Positions 10,932 to 27,600 of a DNA stretch of 64,000 bases are shown piece after piece. Every line of letters starts with the position of its first letter. The first letter of the stretch is position 1. The DNA is from Zygnema circumcarinatum SAG 698-1b (taxonomy: Eukaryota; Plantae; Zygnematophyceae): NCBI GenBank assembly GCA_037447605.1, contig CM074812.1:496001-560000 (forward strand). Direction: 5' to 3'. The position numbers and the translations under genes are program-made. The notes beneath the pieces are model-generated. The model ran no database searches, was not told the DNA's origin, and saw nothing but the letters and a program-made list of their open reading frames with translations.

Positions 10932-11610
10932 GTACTTACAGTACAGTCAGCAGTCCTCATATTTTCCACCTTGTACAGTGCGTCCTCAAGAAATTCGCCC
11001 CGATTTTACCACCTTTTTGTACGGTAACTCTGTGTTAGCCGGACTATCCGTACTATTCGTACCCCTAAAACCCCTAGAAACCCTAAAAACCGTACTAGCC
11101 GTACTAGCCGTACTAGCCGTACTTGCTGTACTAGCCGTTACGGGCTTCAGCAAAACTCACCGAATCTTCCCGCCCGTGCCGCCGTAAGCGGCGCTCGCTC
11201 CACTTTCCTCCTTCTTGGCTTCGATACGACACGATACGATACGATACGCGCTACGATACGCTACGACGTGATACGGCACGATACGTACGGTCCAACATGA
11301 ACTCTAACATAGTACCGCCCGTCTATTGGTAACACGAATCTTCTATTTGCAAAAATCAATATTTTCGCCTCATATTTGCCAAAACCATGGCGAAAATATG
11401 AGGACTGTTCACTGGATGGGAACGTTCAGTACGGAAGCATACTGTACGGTACAGTACCGCCTGCTCATGTCCGTACTATACCGTACATCGACCTCATTTC
11501 TGCGAAAAAACATGCAACATAGGCGGCGGGCATTACAAAACATTTTTCATTCTGCCCGAAATATAATCAACAGTCCAGATCCTCCTTACTGATTATCCAA
11601 CGGTTGGTAC
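10932..11610. promoter_or_regulatory. Dense GTAC/CCGTAC cluster (SBP-domain-type cores) upstream of SAHH
   Basis: 20 GTAC tetramers counted in ~680 bp (about 2.7 expected at uniform composition); 5 of them lie in a 9-bp tandem repeat. Confidence 0.5.
11090..11138. repeat. 9-bp tandem repeat (CCGTACTAG)n, about 5 copies
   Basis: CCGTACTAG CCGTACTAG CCGTACTAG CCGTACTTG CTGTACTAG. Confidence 0.9.
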
Positions 11611-12045
11611 CCAGCCAGGGTTTTAGGATTCGCGTTCCGAGGGTTGAGAAGAGGCCCAAAAAATTTCAAGAGGCAGGCAGGACCCCACGTCGGCGTGCCG
11701 GCCTGGCCCATTTCTGCGAAGCCTGCGAGCCGTCCCGGGGCAGGAGAAAGGATCTCCCTCCACCTGACCGGAAAAGCCTCTAACAGTCAGCGACGTCCCA
11801 CGTGGAATTTTTGTCTCATCGAACGGCTCTTATCGATTCGGTCAGTCGTTGAAATGTTTTCAACGATCTTGGCAGACCGGTTCCAGGCAGGAGGTTCCTA
11901 CTCTTGCAGTCCCCACCAAACGTTCAAATACTTGGCAGCACTGGAGAGGAAGTGTTTTGCAGAGAGAAAGAGAGCGAGAGAGAGAGGGAGAAAGAGAGAG
12001 AGAGAGGAAAGAGGTAGAGAGAGCGGGAGAGAAGGCGGAGCCGCC

Positions 12046-16286
<4,241 letters not shown>

Positions 16287-17328
16287 GGGGCGGGGAGGGG
16301 TAGAGTGTGAGTGAGAGAGAGGAGGCCCTTTTTCTCTGTAGGGAGAAAGGGATGTGCTCCCATTTTTGTTGTCAACTAATCTGAAAGGTACTTCTCAATC
16401 GTTTGTGTTTAGAATGGGAGAGAGGGAGATGGTCAGGGTTAGGGTTAGTACTATCTCCATGTTAAGTATTGGCTACTTGAATTTTTTCCTTCGAAACGAA
16501 AAGGAGCGAGAAAATGAGACAGGTGTTACTGTGGAAGCTCTGCTGCGTAATGGGAGCCCAATAATTTAAAGGGATGGAGGAATTAAAGGCATGTGGAGTC
16601 TGAATGGAAAACCAGGAGAATCTGTTGATGGGAGTACTGATGAGATGGGAATGCGCCAAAATTTGATCGTAAGGCGAAAACTGTCATTCTCCATAACTGA
16701 AATATGAAAGTTCCTAAAAGCTGAAAACTTTAAAAAAATTGAAGGGTAAAAATCGCCAGATAGACTCTGACAAGCTGGGAACAATTCAGGTTTGTATACT
16801 ACATTCTTAAATTATAGAACATTTTGCACATACTAAATTTTTCACACGATGTGAGAAAAGTCAACCAAACACAAGCTTCAAGTTGTTTTTCACGCTCTCT
16901 TCCCTCTCCCTCCCCCTCTCCCTTCCCCACTCCTTCTCCCTCTCCCACTCCCTCCCCCTCTCCTCCCTCTCCCTCTCCCTCCCCCTCTCTTCCCTCTCCC
17001 TCCCCCTCTCTTCCCTCTCCCTCTCCCTCTCCTCGATTATAAGACAAGGTAAATTAGGCAATTGTAAAGCAGGTCTTCTTCCCACGCACTATTGTCCAAC
17101 ACCCACTCCTATGACTTAAAATGCGACCGGGGAAATCTGCCCATTTTCCCGTTTTAAGATTTTTATTTTTTTTAAACCTTTTTAACCAATACCAATCATC
17201 TCTGTCACTCTCAATTTAGAAAATTTCAAAACAGACCAAACAAACAAACAAACAGTTAGTTAAAACGATCCGGTTGAGACCCATTTGGCCTCTTTCACAC
17301 GGAGCCCAAAAAACCCTCCTGGAATCTT

Positions 17329-18481
17329 TCATCTGTTGGCGGCCGCCGGCTCTTGCAGGTCGAAGCAGAGGGCCATCGGAGACCACCACTCATCGGGACT
17401 CTCTGAAGCGGCCGGAACTTTCTGTTGGTAAGTTCGCATGAGCTCGTCCCATTCGCGTGCTTTCGCACTGTCAAGAGGTAAAAAAAAAAAAAAAAAAAAA
17501 AAAAAGAAAAAAAAACGCATAATGGGAGAAAGAAAAAAGATTGATATGGGAGAGAGACAAGAGAGAGAGAGAGAGGAGAGACAAGAGAGAGGAGGACAAT
17601 AAGGGAGGGTGTGGGAGACAAGTTTTAGGAGGAGACCAGAGTGCAGGCACAGAGAGTTCGGGGTTAGGGTTAGCCTAAATATAACTAAAGCTCAAAGGGT
17701 AGAGGGGTTCAGGAGGAGGAGGGAAGTTGGGAAAGAGAGAATATGAATGATTAATCAATTTCATTAAACGCAAAAGAGGAAGGTGCGAAATCTGCTGTAA
17801 ATACTGTAGACCTAATTCTAAGCATTTCGTTGAAACATTAGGTCCCATCAGTTTGAGATGTTTTTTACCTCTCTGTATACTTCTGATAATCTTTCGCCGG
17901 ATCAAAATCATCATTGGCTTCCGCATACATGAAGAGTCGATTTCCGTGAATGAAAATTTTCATGCTGACAACGCCCATAGACTTTATGGCTTCCAACACC
18001 TGCCAAGCCATTGATACAAAAATATCGACTGTAAAACTTCTCAGCTAAATATTAAAGCTCTAGGACTCACTCTAGCTTCACATAATGGCCCTTACGTTTG
18101 GTATGTTCAGCAGTGATGAAAAATTAACCCCAGTATTGCTTGCTACTTAGTGAAAGATGACTCCCCGGAAGCCCACTACTGCATGCTGCCATGTGGTCCT
18201 ACCCTTTAAGTAACCATCACATGTATGCCATCATCATACATGCCATGCCGCCCTCCCTCCGTGCATGCCTCCTCACCCCAATGTGCCATGTGGCATTGCC
18301 CCATTCGTGGCCCTTGCGTGCTATGCCATGTACATCACAATGCCATGCCATGCCATGCCATGCATGCATGCGTCCATGGCTCCCGACCGACCTCGGGCCA
18401 AACGGCCTCATGGTAGCGGAGGTACTCGCGCACGAGGTCGGGATCGTCCTTCAGCTCCAGCGTCTGCGCGAAGCTCTTCAT
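17329..18481 (-). CDS. rhaM: L-rhamnose mutarotase family protein (RhaM/YiiL-like), 119 aa
   Basis: Exons 18481-18392, 17999-17869, 17467-17329 give MKSFAQTLELKDDPDLVREYLRYHEAVWPEVLEAIKSMGVVSMKIFIHGNRLFMYAEANDDFDPAKDYQKYTESAKAREWDELMRTYQQKVPAASESPDEWWSPMALCFDLQ.. with the family motifs Y..YH..VWPE, RLF and EW..LM. Confidence 0.88.
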
Positions 18482-19042
18482 CGCGGCTCGCCCTCCCTCC
18501 CTCTCTCCCGCTCTCCCTCCCACTCTCGCTCTCTCCCTCTCCCTCTCTCCTCCCTCGGCCCTCCCTTTCTCCCGCTTGACCTCCCTCTCTCCCTTTCCCT
18601 CTCCCTCTCCCTCTCTCCTCCCTCGGCCCTCCCTTTCTCTCGCTCGTCCTCCCTCTCTCGCTCTCTCCCTCTCCCTCTACTCGGCCCTCCCTTTCTCCCG
18701 CTGTCCCCCTCTCCCTCTCTCCGGTCCTCCCTTTCAGAAAGAAATATCGTTCGGTATATCTCATACCAACAAACGGATAATATCGGAATAATCTCCATAC
18801 GATACAGTACCAAAGGTTTAAATCTAGCCAAAAAGATATGTATCTAGCCGGAAAAGGTGTGGAAATAATTTCAAAATTAGGGGATACCAGATTGTTAATA
18901 TTTCAGCGATTTCAAGTTTATTAGCATTTTTTCAGACTTGGTGACATATAGATACATCGATATACCGTGTGTTGGCGCTTTTTTATCCGTATATTCCGTA
19001 CAGTTCAAAAAGGCAGCTGCGCCCTGCGCGTCTGCCCTTTTC

Positions 19043-19240
19043 TGCCACGTGGCACCAAAAGGCCGCTCGCGCTGCCACGTGGCATTCTTCTCAGCTCCCG
19101 CTGCCTGACACGTGGTGAATTGTCCCTTGAGAGTAAGTGACAGGCTTACGTGGAAGGATTACGTGACTGCCACGTGGCAACTAAACCCTGCTCTCCTCAT
19201 TGGCTGAGATCCTCGTCTTGACAGGGGTCCGCAACGTGGC
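19043..19240. promoter_or_regulatory. G-box/ABRE cluster in the rhaM/BRICK1 divergent promoter
   Basis: Perfect palindrome TGCCACGTGGCA at 19043, 19073 and 19168, plus GACACGTGG, TTACGTGGA, TTACGTGAC and CAACGTGGC. Confidence 0.7.
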
Positions 19241-19606
19241 ACTTCAAGGTTGAGGGTTTAGGGTTCAGGAGGTCAGCAGGTGAAGCATATGTGGAGATTT
19301 GGGTTTCTGGTTTTTTGGTTTTTGGTTTTGGATTTTTGGTTTTTAATTGGCAGGTGGTACTAAGGGTGGCAAAACTTGAAGGTTTGTACAATTGCTATTT
19401 TTTTTCATTATATATAGATATTTTTTATGGCTGCCAAGTCGTTCAATGTAATCGAATTCACTTTTTTTTTTCTATTTCCTTAAATTTCATGGACTGTGGT
19501 TCATTTTTAGAATTTTAGGTTTATCTAAAAATCTTAATCCTCAAACCCATTTTCGGAATTGTGCTGCTGCGCATTCCATGGCTGCAGTTCCGCGAGAGAC
19601 GGCGCA

Positions 19607-20500
19607 ATGAGCGGCGCGAAAGGCGCAGCGCTTGGGCGGGCCGTGCAGGCCGACTGGGACAACCGCGAATTTTCGGAGTCGGTTAAACTAAATATACGGC
19701 GGATATATGATTTTGTTCTTGAATTTGGTGAGCTCTCCCCTTCCCTTCCCCTCCCCCTCCCCCTCCCCTCCCCTCCCCCTCCCCCTCCCCCTCCCCCTCC
19801 CCCTCCCCCTCCCCCTCCCCTCCTCCCCCCTCCCCCTCCCCCTCCCCCTCCCCTCCTCCCCCTCCCCCTCCCCCTCCCCTCCCTCCCCTCCCCTCCCCCT
19901 CCCCTCCCCTCCCCCTCCTCCTCCCCTCCCCCTCCCCCTCCCCCTCCCCCTCCCAACCCTTCCCTCCTTCCCCTACCCCCGCCACCCCCTCCCCTCCGCC
20001 CTCCCCCTACCCCCTCCCCCTCTCCGGCCTCCCCCCTCCCCCCTCCCACCCCCTTCCCCACCCTTCCCCGCTTCCCCCTAACCCCTCCCCCCCATCCCCC
20101 CCATCTCCCTCCCCCCTACCCCCTCCCCCTCCCCCTCCCCCTCCGCACTCCCCCCTCCCCCCTCCCCCCTCCCCCTCCCCCTGTGACATAAATTTTGCAT
20201 GCTTTACTTCACCTATGCAGCTACACAAGGAGGAATCTGAAACATAGAGATAAATGAGTTGCAAAACTTAGGGTTTGATCATACACACGAAGGGACTACA
20301 CTTCAGGGTCTAAGACCTATGGTTTAGGCTTTAGTACGCCACTGCTTCTCCTAAAGCAGATACCTTTGAAATTCTTCCTGGCAGAAAATGGCATGCGCGG
20401 AAAATTGGAACAGCTGAACGAGAAATTAACAATTTTGGAGCGTACCATGGACCGGCTGGAAGCTCAAGTTCACCATGCAGCGTCCATGGAGAAGGATTAG
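19607..20500 (+). CDS. BRK1: BRICK1/HSPC300, SCAR/WAVE complex subunit, 78 aa
   Basis: Exons 19607-19727 and 20385-20500: MSGAKGAALGRAVQADWDNREFSESVKLNIRRIYDFVLEFENGMRGKLEQLNEKLTILERTMDRLEAQV. Confidence 0.95.
19737..20182. repeat. (CCCCT/CCCCCT)n C-rich tract in the BRK1 intron
   Basis: About 445 bp of near-continuous C-runs separated by single T. Confidence 0.9.
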
Positions 20501-21270
20501 AGTTAGGGTTGATGTGTATTTTTATCTTTTTGAATGGAGGAAAATTAGGGTTTGGTTGATATTTGGGGTCCAAATCTTAGGAAGAAACCAGGATATTTTT
20601 GTGGTTTTAGGGTTTTTGGATTCGTTTCAGGGTTCAAGGCTGTACAGAAGGTGTTCAACAGAGGAAAAACCATAAAATGTGCTGCATTAGGGTTTTTTCT
20701 AGGGTAAACCCTGATCTTGAACCTGAACCCCAAACCTCAAACCCTAAAGCCTCCCCTGAACCCTTCACCTTACGCTTGGGCATCAACAGCGTTTTAGGAC
20801 GATGTGGACAAGTTTTTCTCTTGTTTTTCTGAACCCCAGTTTTGAGGTTTAGAGGTTCCTTCTTTCTGAAGGAGGAAGCTTATCGAAGAACAGTCCCAGT
20901 CTTCTCGGGGAAAACGAAGCCTTTTTTCAGCAACCTTTGGATGTACATTAAAGGAAATTATGAGGTTGAGGAAATTTGAATCACCCTTGCTCTTCAGTGC
21001 AAGACTTTTTTTCCAAGGTTTTCTCCTTTTTCTTTGCTCTACGTGATGAGATTCAGCGCCCTGCTCACGATGCTTCTCTCAACAGCATTGAGATCCCTCC
21101 ACTTTAAGAATTGGGCTTAAGGACAAGCAAATCATTGTTTGATGTCGACTCTATTGCCACTAAAGGGCCATGTCTCGTGCTGCTCTTAGGTGAAGGGCTT
21201 TGCCTTAACATAGTGAGATTAGGCTGACCAATGGAAGCGGACTTGAGAGTTTCTTTCAGTCCTTTGGCAC

Positions 21271-21563
21271 TCAAATTGAATTGTTGCACTTGTGGTATTG
21301 CTTTGACTGCAGCCGCTGGGCAGACCGTAGTGAGTTGAAGCGCCTAAAGAAGGGAGCGTCTTCGCCAGCCTTCAAAGCATCCCCTTTTTCAGCAAGCAAT
21401 GAGTTGAGCAGGAATTTTTTGCTGTTTGAAATGTACGACTGAAAGTATGGAGTTAGGGCCACTTTCGTCGGTCATACCGTTCCTTTGCGCATTCAAGTAA
21501 TGCAAACGACAAATATGTTGAGGGGAAACACGGGAGAGGAGGAAAGGGGGGGTGGGTAGGGTG

Positions 21564-21629
<66 letters not shown>

Positions 21630-24600
21630 CTCGACTCTAAATACCATTATTCAGGCTTCCACATGGAGTCCTTCAGAAATAAAGGTCACGTCATTACCTT
21701 CAAACCTTCCTCTTTACAATACCAACAATTACTATTCCCATGGCCCTAAAAGACCCTAGAAACCCTAAAAAACTCTAAACTTCATCTAACCTTAGGACCT
21801 TAAAAGACCCTTTTCCTAACTGAGCTTCAAACGAGCAATGAAAACGAACTGGTTTCCTGCACAGAGCCTCCAAAAAGTGCCAACTGACGAGCACCGTCCG
21901 TCTCAAAAAGGATGTCAAGTTTTCAGAGGCAATAGGACCCCTCTTCACCAGGAAGCCTTTGCACTCCCGTTGGTCCTCCCTCTGCCTCTCCCTTCTCTCC
22001 CTCCTCTCGCTTCTCCCCACCCACTCAACGCAAACTCATCTCCCACTACCACTCCCATCCCTTTCTCTCCTCCACTCCCTACTCTCTCCCTCCTCCACGA
22101 GCCTGCGAATTCCCGATCTCCAACAGCACTCCCATCTCTCCCTTCTCTCTCCTCTCTTTCCTCCCCTCTTCTCCTCTCACTCTCCCCCCCCTCTCCACCT
22201 AGTCGCAAGCCGTTAAGGTCTCTTCCTTCACTCTCTACCTCAGTCCCCTCCGCCCTAAAAGTGAGAATGGGGGCCTCTCCCCTCTCAGAAATAGTCTTAT
22301 ACTTGAGCGCTTGCTGAGCCCTCTCCCACTCCTCCTCCATCCCTAGCCTCTCATAGGCTCGGCAAACCATGTGAAGACACTTGGCGCTCACTGATTCGAT
22401 GAAAAATTCCATTTCGGCAACGAGTTCAATTACGAGTCTGAACTGACTGCAGTGCAGTAGAGTCTCCATCACCGTCTCGAATCCGCTCTGTACAACGGTA
22501 AAACCGTCACATGCGAAAGACGTTATGAAGCTTAAACAGTGAACATGCGATATGCAAATGCATGTATGTACATGTATATACGGTGGCTAGTTCCCCCCCC
22601 CCCCCCCCCCCGCCCAAAAATAAAGAAAAAATCTCCGAAGCTTACCACTGTTCGCACAGTCGGAAAGGGTCGCAACATGGTGAAGATGTCTAAGGAAGAC
22701 CTCCACATTCTCTTCTCCTTCAGACCAAAAAGTAGATCCATTAGAAGCTCCAATTTCGGAGCTTCCTCCGGAAAAGCTCCCACCATTCTTCTCATCCATG
22801 ATACTGCCTGCAAGCTCCCTCCACAAGCCACCGACTAACTTACTTTCTGCAGAAGTTTAGCCATATATTGATATGTAGGAACCCCAAAAAGGCTTAAGAA
22901 GATAAGGATACAGAACCAAGGGTAGGAACATCTCTCACCTTCACATACTCCTTACCCTTCACTAGGGCTTGGAGGGATGCTTCATAGGTCTCTTTACTAA
23001 GTTCAATTCCCTCCTCCTCTGCCTCCTCCAGAAGGGCCTTCAACTCCTTCACATTCCCTTTCTTACCCGCAGCATGAAGCAGAGCGGCATATTCCAACTT
23101 CCCTGGCTGAACCCCAAACCCTCTCATATCCAACAGGAGGCTTCTCGCCTGCACGATTGAAGAGGGAGAGTTAGTGAGCGAGAGAGAAGATAGAGAGACA
23201 GAGAGGGGGAGAGAGAGGGGGAGAGAGAGGGGGAGAGAGAGGGAGAGAGAGAGAGTGAGACCTCTTTGCGCGAATGCGTGCTTCTCAAAAAACTCACAGC
23301 TGTTTGAGCTCCGCTACACCTAGGTTTCCGCTCTAACTTACGAGATGACTTTAAAAATCCTTATACATTTACGATTATTATACATTTCTATGTGAGGTAA
23401 GGCAGTCTTTTCCTCACCTGTCCGAACTCTTCTCTCCTCAAATAGACCTCCATTAAAGCCTTAAACCCAGCCCTAGAATTCAGCCACCTCCCCTCTCCCA
23501 TCTCCTCCACGAGCTCCCTCCCCTTCTCCACCATGTCTGCCTCTCCATGTGCCAAAATCAGTCTCTCACAACTGAAAGCTGAGGGCTCCTGCCCTCCTCT
23601 CCTTAGCACTCTCACTGCGCTCGCCGCAAAGAGCACTCTCTCTTTCTCTACGGGCGCTTCCAAGCAGATCTGGACCGTCCATTCGATCGCCTGCGATCTG
23701 GACGGTAGGCCTGCCTTGGACATGAGAGTGAGGGCTTCTGCGGGAGAGAGTGCGCTTTCCTCATCGGAATTTCGGCCAATCACATATTGAAGAGTTTCCT
23801 GCATAAGGGACCAACCTCAGGAAACATCAAAAACGAAACAGTAAAAAAAAAAAAAAAAAAATTGCTCACTTCACTCATTTCTCTTCTTTCATTCTTCTCC
23901 TTGATCCACTCTCTCCTGCTCTCCCTCTCTCTCTCCACTCCCTCGCTCTCGCTCGCCTTCATCCCCTGACTCTTCGCCTTGCGTACTCCGTCCTCTCGCC
24001 TCTCTACCTCCACTTTCACTCCTTCCCTCCCTCTCCCCCCTTTTCCCTACCTCCCCACCTTTCTTGCCCCTCCCTCTCTCCGCCCTCCTCACTCACCTTG
24101 TTCGGTGCCACTCCCTTCTTCAGCATCCTCTCAAAGAGCTCTTCCATTCTCCCTCCTCCCACTTCACGCCCTATACTAAGGGCCGCATTGTATGCTCTCA
24201 CAGGCGGAGGACAGGAGGCCTCTCCCTCCATGGCAGAGAGAACCTCCAGAAGCTTCTCAAACTCTTGTGCTTCCTTATAAGCATCAATGATAGACTGCCA
24301 CGTGTCACTATCAGGCTGCATGCCTCTCCTCTGAAAGAAAAGAAGTAAGAAAAGCGATTCAGAAGCTTGCAATGAATCGTTCTTTAGTGATTTAAAAAAA
24401 AAAAAAAAATCTAGATACAAGATGATAAACCATCTTGACGGCCTTCCAGAACCGCTTTACCTCAAAAATCATTTGAAGATAAACATGTTATGAAAAAGAT
24501 AGAAAAAAACCCACCAAAGATATTTGCAAAGATGCCCATTTTTCGTCTGTTTCCGTACAAACAGTTGAAGAATTTTGAGCTTCCCATTCCCCTCCAAAAG

Positions 24601-27600
24601 CCTTTGTCTTTTTCCAAATCTTCTCCTCCAAACTCGGTTTCCAGGTGGCATTTCTAACCAATACTTGTTCGCCACCTGTCACGACATCTTTGTCCTTTCT
24701 CCCTCCCCTCCCATTCACCTCTCCCAACACGTCCTCCCTCATCCTCCCCTGCTCCATCTCCCTTTCCTGCTCGGCTTCGACTCTGTTCTCTCCTGCATGC
24801 CCTGCCACAAATTCCATCTCTCCCTCCCTCTCACCCTCCAAGTCTCTCTTCTCTCCGGCAATTATACTTCTCTCACTCTCCTTATCAGCATGTGAAATCT
24901 CCCATTCCCTTTCAAAAGTTTTTTCGTTCAAACTCGACTGCAAGTTGTCATAGCTGATCAATATCCTTTCGACACCTGTCACCACATCTTTCTCCTCTGC
25001 TCCACTCCCACAATTTACCTCTCCAAAAGTAACTTCTCCCCCACTCTCCTTGGTCTGCTCCCCAACACTTACGACCTCAGCTTCCTTTCCTTTTGTTAAT
25101 GCTGCTGCAAGACCCTCTCTCTCCTCTTCCTCCCTGTCTCCACTCTCTCCTTTTCTAATCTCCTCCATCTTGGGTTCATGACTAAGTTTTTCATCCTCTC
25201 CCTCTGCCTCTCTTCCACAGCTATCAGAAATGGACGATTCTACGGTCACACTATCAGTCACACGGTCATCTCCAAAATGCACCCCTTCGGAACTCTTCTC
25301 TTTCTCTCTACTCCCTCCCTCACCTTCAGAACTCTGGATTTCTCCAACATATGCATAGCCATTAATTATCTCCTTTTCTTCTCCAATTTCACCACTCGCC
25401 TGAAAGTCACCTACAGTTTCATCTATCCTCCTATCTTCATCCTTCCTCTCCTGTTCCTCTCGCCTTCCCCCTATAGCCACAGCGTCCCCTTCGCCGTTGA
25501 CGTTACTCTTGTCCACTCCTCTCAACTTCGAGAGCGTCTCCCTCCTTATTACTCTCACTCTTCTCCCTCCTACACTCTCTTTCTCTCCCTGTTTCCTTGC
25601 ACTGAATTCAACCATAGACATGTCCCCCTTTACATCCTTTACATCACTTACACCCGTTACATCCTTTGTAGGCTTTCTATCCTCTATATCCTCTCCACCT
25701 TTACCATCCTCTTCACTCAAAACAACTTCTCCCTCCATTTCTCCTTCCCCATCGCTTACCACCAATGGCCCCTGTAATCCTGAACCCAGAATAATCCATC
25801 CCACTCCAAGTTCATCTGTCCTCACTCCCTCTCCCTCTCCCACCCTCTCATCCATATCACTTCCTCCCCATCCCACAACTGCCAATGACTCCATGGACAC
25901 TCCTGTACTTGCTGTATTCACTTCCTTTCTCACTACTCCGACATTCATATAATCTTTACCACTCACTTCGCCTGCCTTTGTCGTTTTCCCTCCATCTATA
26001 GTCGCCGAGATACTATCTCTACTCCCCCTCACTACTCCGACATTCATATAATCTTTACCACCCACTTCCCTTGCCTTTTTCTTTTTCCCTCCTACCTCTA
26101 TAGTCGCCGAGATACTATCTCTACTCCCCCTCGCTCCCTTCTCCTTGTTTTCCTCCACCCTTTCCACCTGCACCTCTCCCTCCACCTTCCTTACTCCTGG
26201 TACTCTCGCCCATCCCCTTCTCAACGCTCCCGCTTCCATCCTCCCTATCTCCACATTCGCTTCCTCTCCTCCCCTCAAGAACTCTCCTACCACCCCTCGC
26301 ACTGGCACACTTTCCCCTCTCATATCCAAGCCTCGCCCAGTCTGCTTTCTCTCGACCTTCTCAAACCCCCACTCTGAAAGTTTATCCCCTCCCAGTTTCG
26401 CTGTGGCCCCTCCTCTCTCTCCCTTTTGCTCTTCACTACCACCTTCAACTTCTCCATAGCCCCCGCTCTCTTTCTCACTTATCCTCTTCTTCCCTCCCGC
26501 ATCCTCCTCCACTCTATTCATACCACTCTCAGCTTCTCCAGGCCCTCTTAAATGAGCTTCATCTCTACCTCCATGGCTCCTCCAACCTCCCTCTCCTCTC
26601 GAGTTAGAAGATACCTCTCTCTCCTCCTCGACCCGTCCTACCACAGTCTCAACCTTCGGTTTCCTCAATCCTAGAGCTCCATCCTTCACCGTCTCCCTCC
26701 TCTCTTCCCTACCTCCGTTCCTACTCTCTTCTCTCTCCCACCCACCCATTCCTGCTCTCTCCTCCACAACCTTAAAACCCCATTCTTCATCCGTCTGTAA
26801 GTTATCACTTGAGCTCTCATAACTGAACACATTCCGTCTCCCGTGCTCCATTTCCGCTTCCTCTCCTTCACTTACATTCTCTACCAATTCACTCTCCTCT
26901 AGTACTCCTTCCATCTCTGCCCTCCTCTCCAACAGAGCTTTATACAGACTAGGATCCTTCCTTTTCACATGTTCTAAATGTGCAGGCAGTTCCGTTGCGC
27001 AGCCAAATTTGGCGGCCATAGCTGCCACCTTTGTCAAAACAGCTCCTTTCACCACCCTACCCTCCTGCACAAAAACCCAAAACACGTTCAAGCATCAGAA
27101 CAGGTGTTATAGTGTGAGCAAAATAAAAACAAAAAAATAGTTTTGCCTTCAGCGTTGTACCTTTACAAGCTTCAAAGCTGCATAGACATCCTTCACTTCT
27201 ACTGCCTGGAGCACAAAAAGTTGGTACAATCGCAGGCTTGGCAGAATTGATGCAGCTTTCATGTCCTCATAGAGCGCCAAAGCTTCATTACTCCTCCTTT
27301 CCTTGGACAAAATGTCTGCTAAATGAGCATAGAAAGTGACATTCCCAGTCACTCCCTTTTGCTTCATATCTCCATACACGGCAAGCGCTTGTTTCCCCGA
27401 ATCGGGAACGGATCGACAGCTTCTAAGTAAAGCGGTGAATGTGCCAACATCAGGTTCAACTCGATCACAAACCATAGAGTGAAGAATACTTCTCACTTCG
27501 AGAGGAGATTGAGCTCGAGCATAGGCAGACATGACTTCATTGTATGGAAGCTACACCCACCAACAGAGAATCTCTTAGAAATTGTGAAGCAAAAAACTGC

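Noticed and set aside
24575-26871. Plus-strand Ser/Pro/Leu-rich ORFs
   Set aside because: Antisense shadows of the purine-rich PPR exon.
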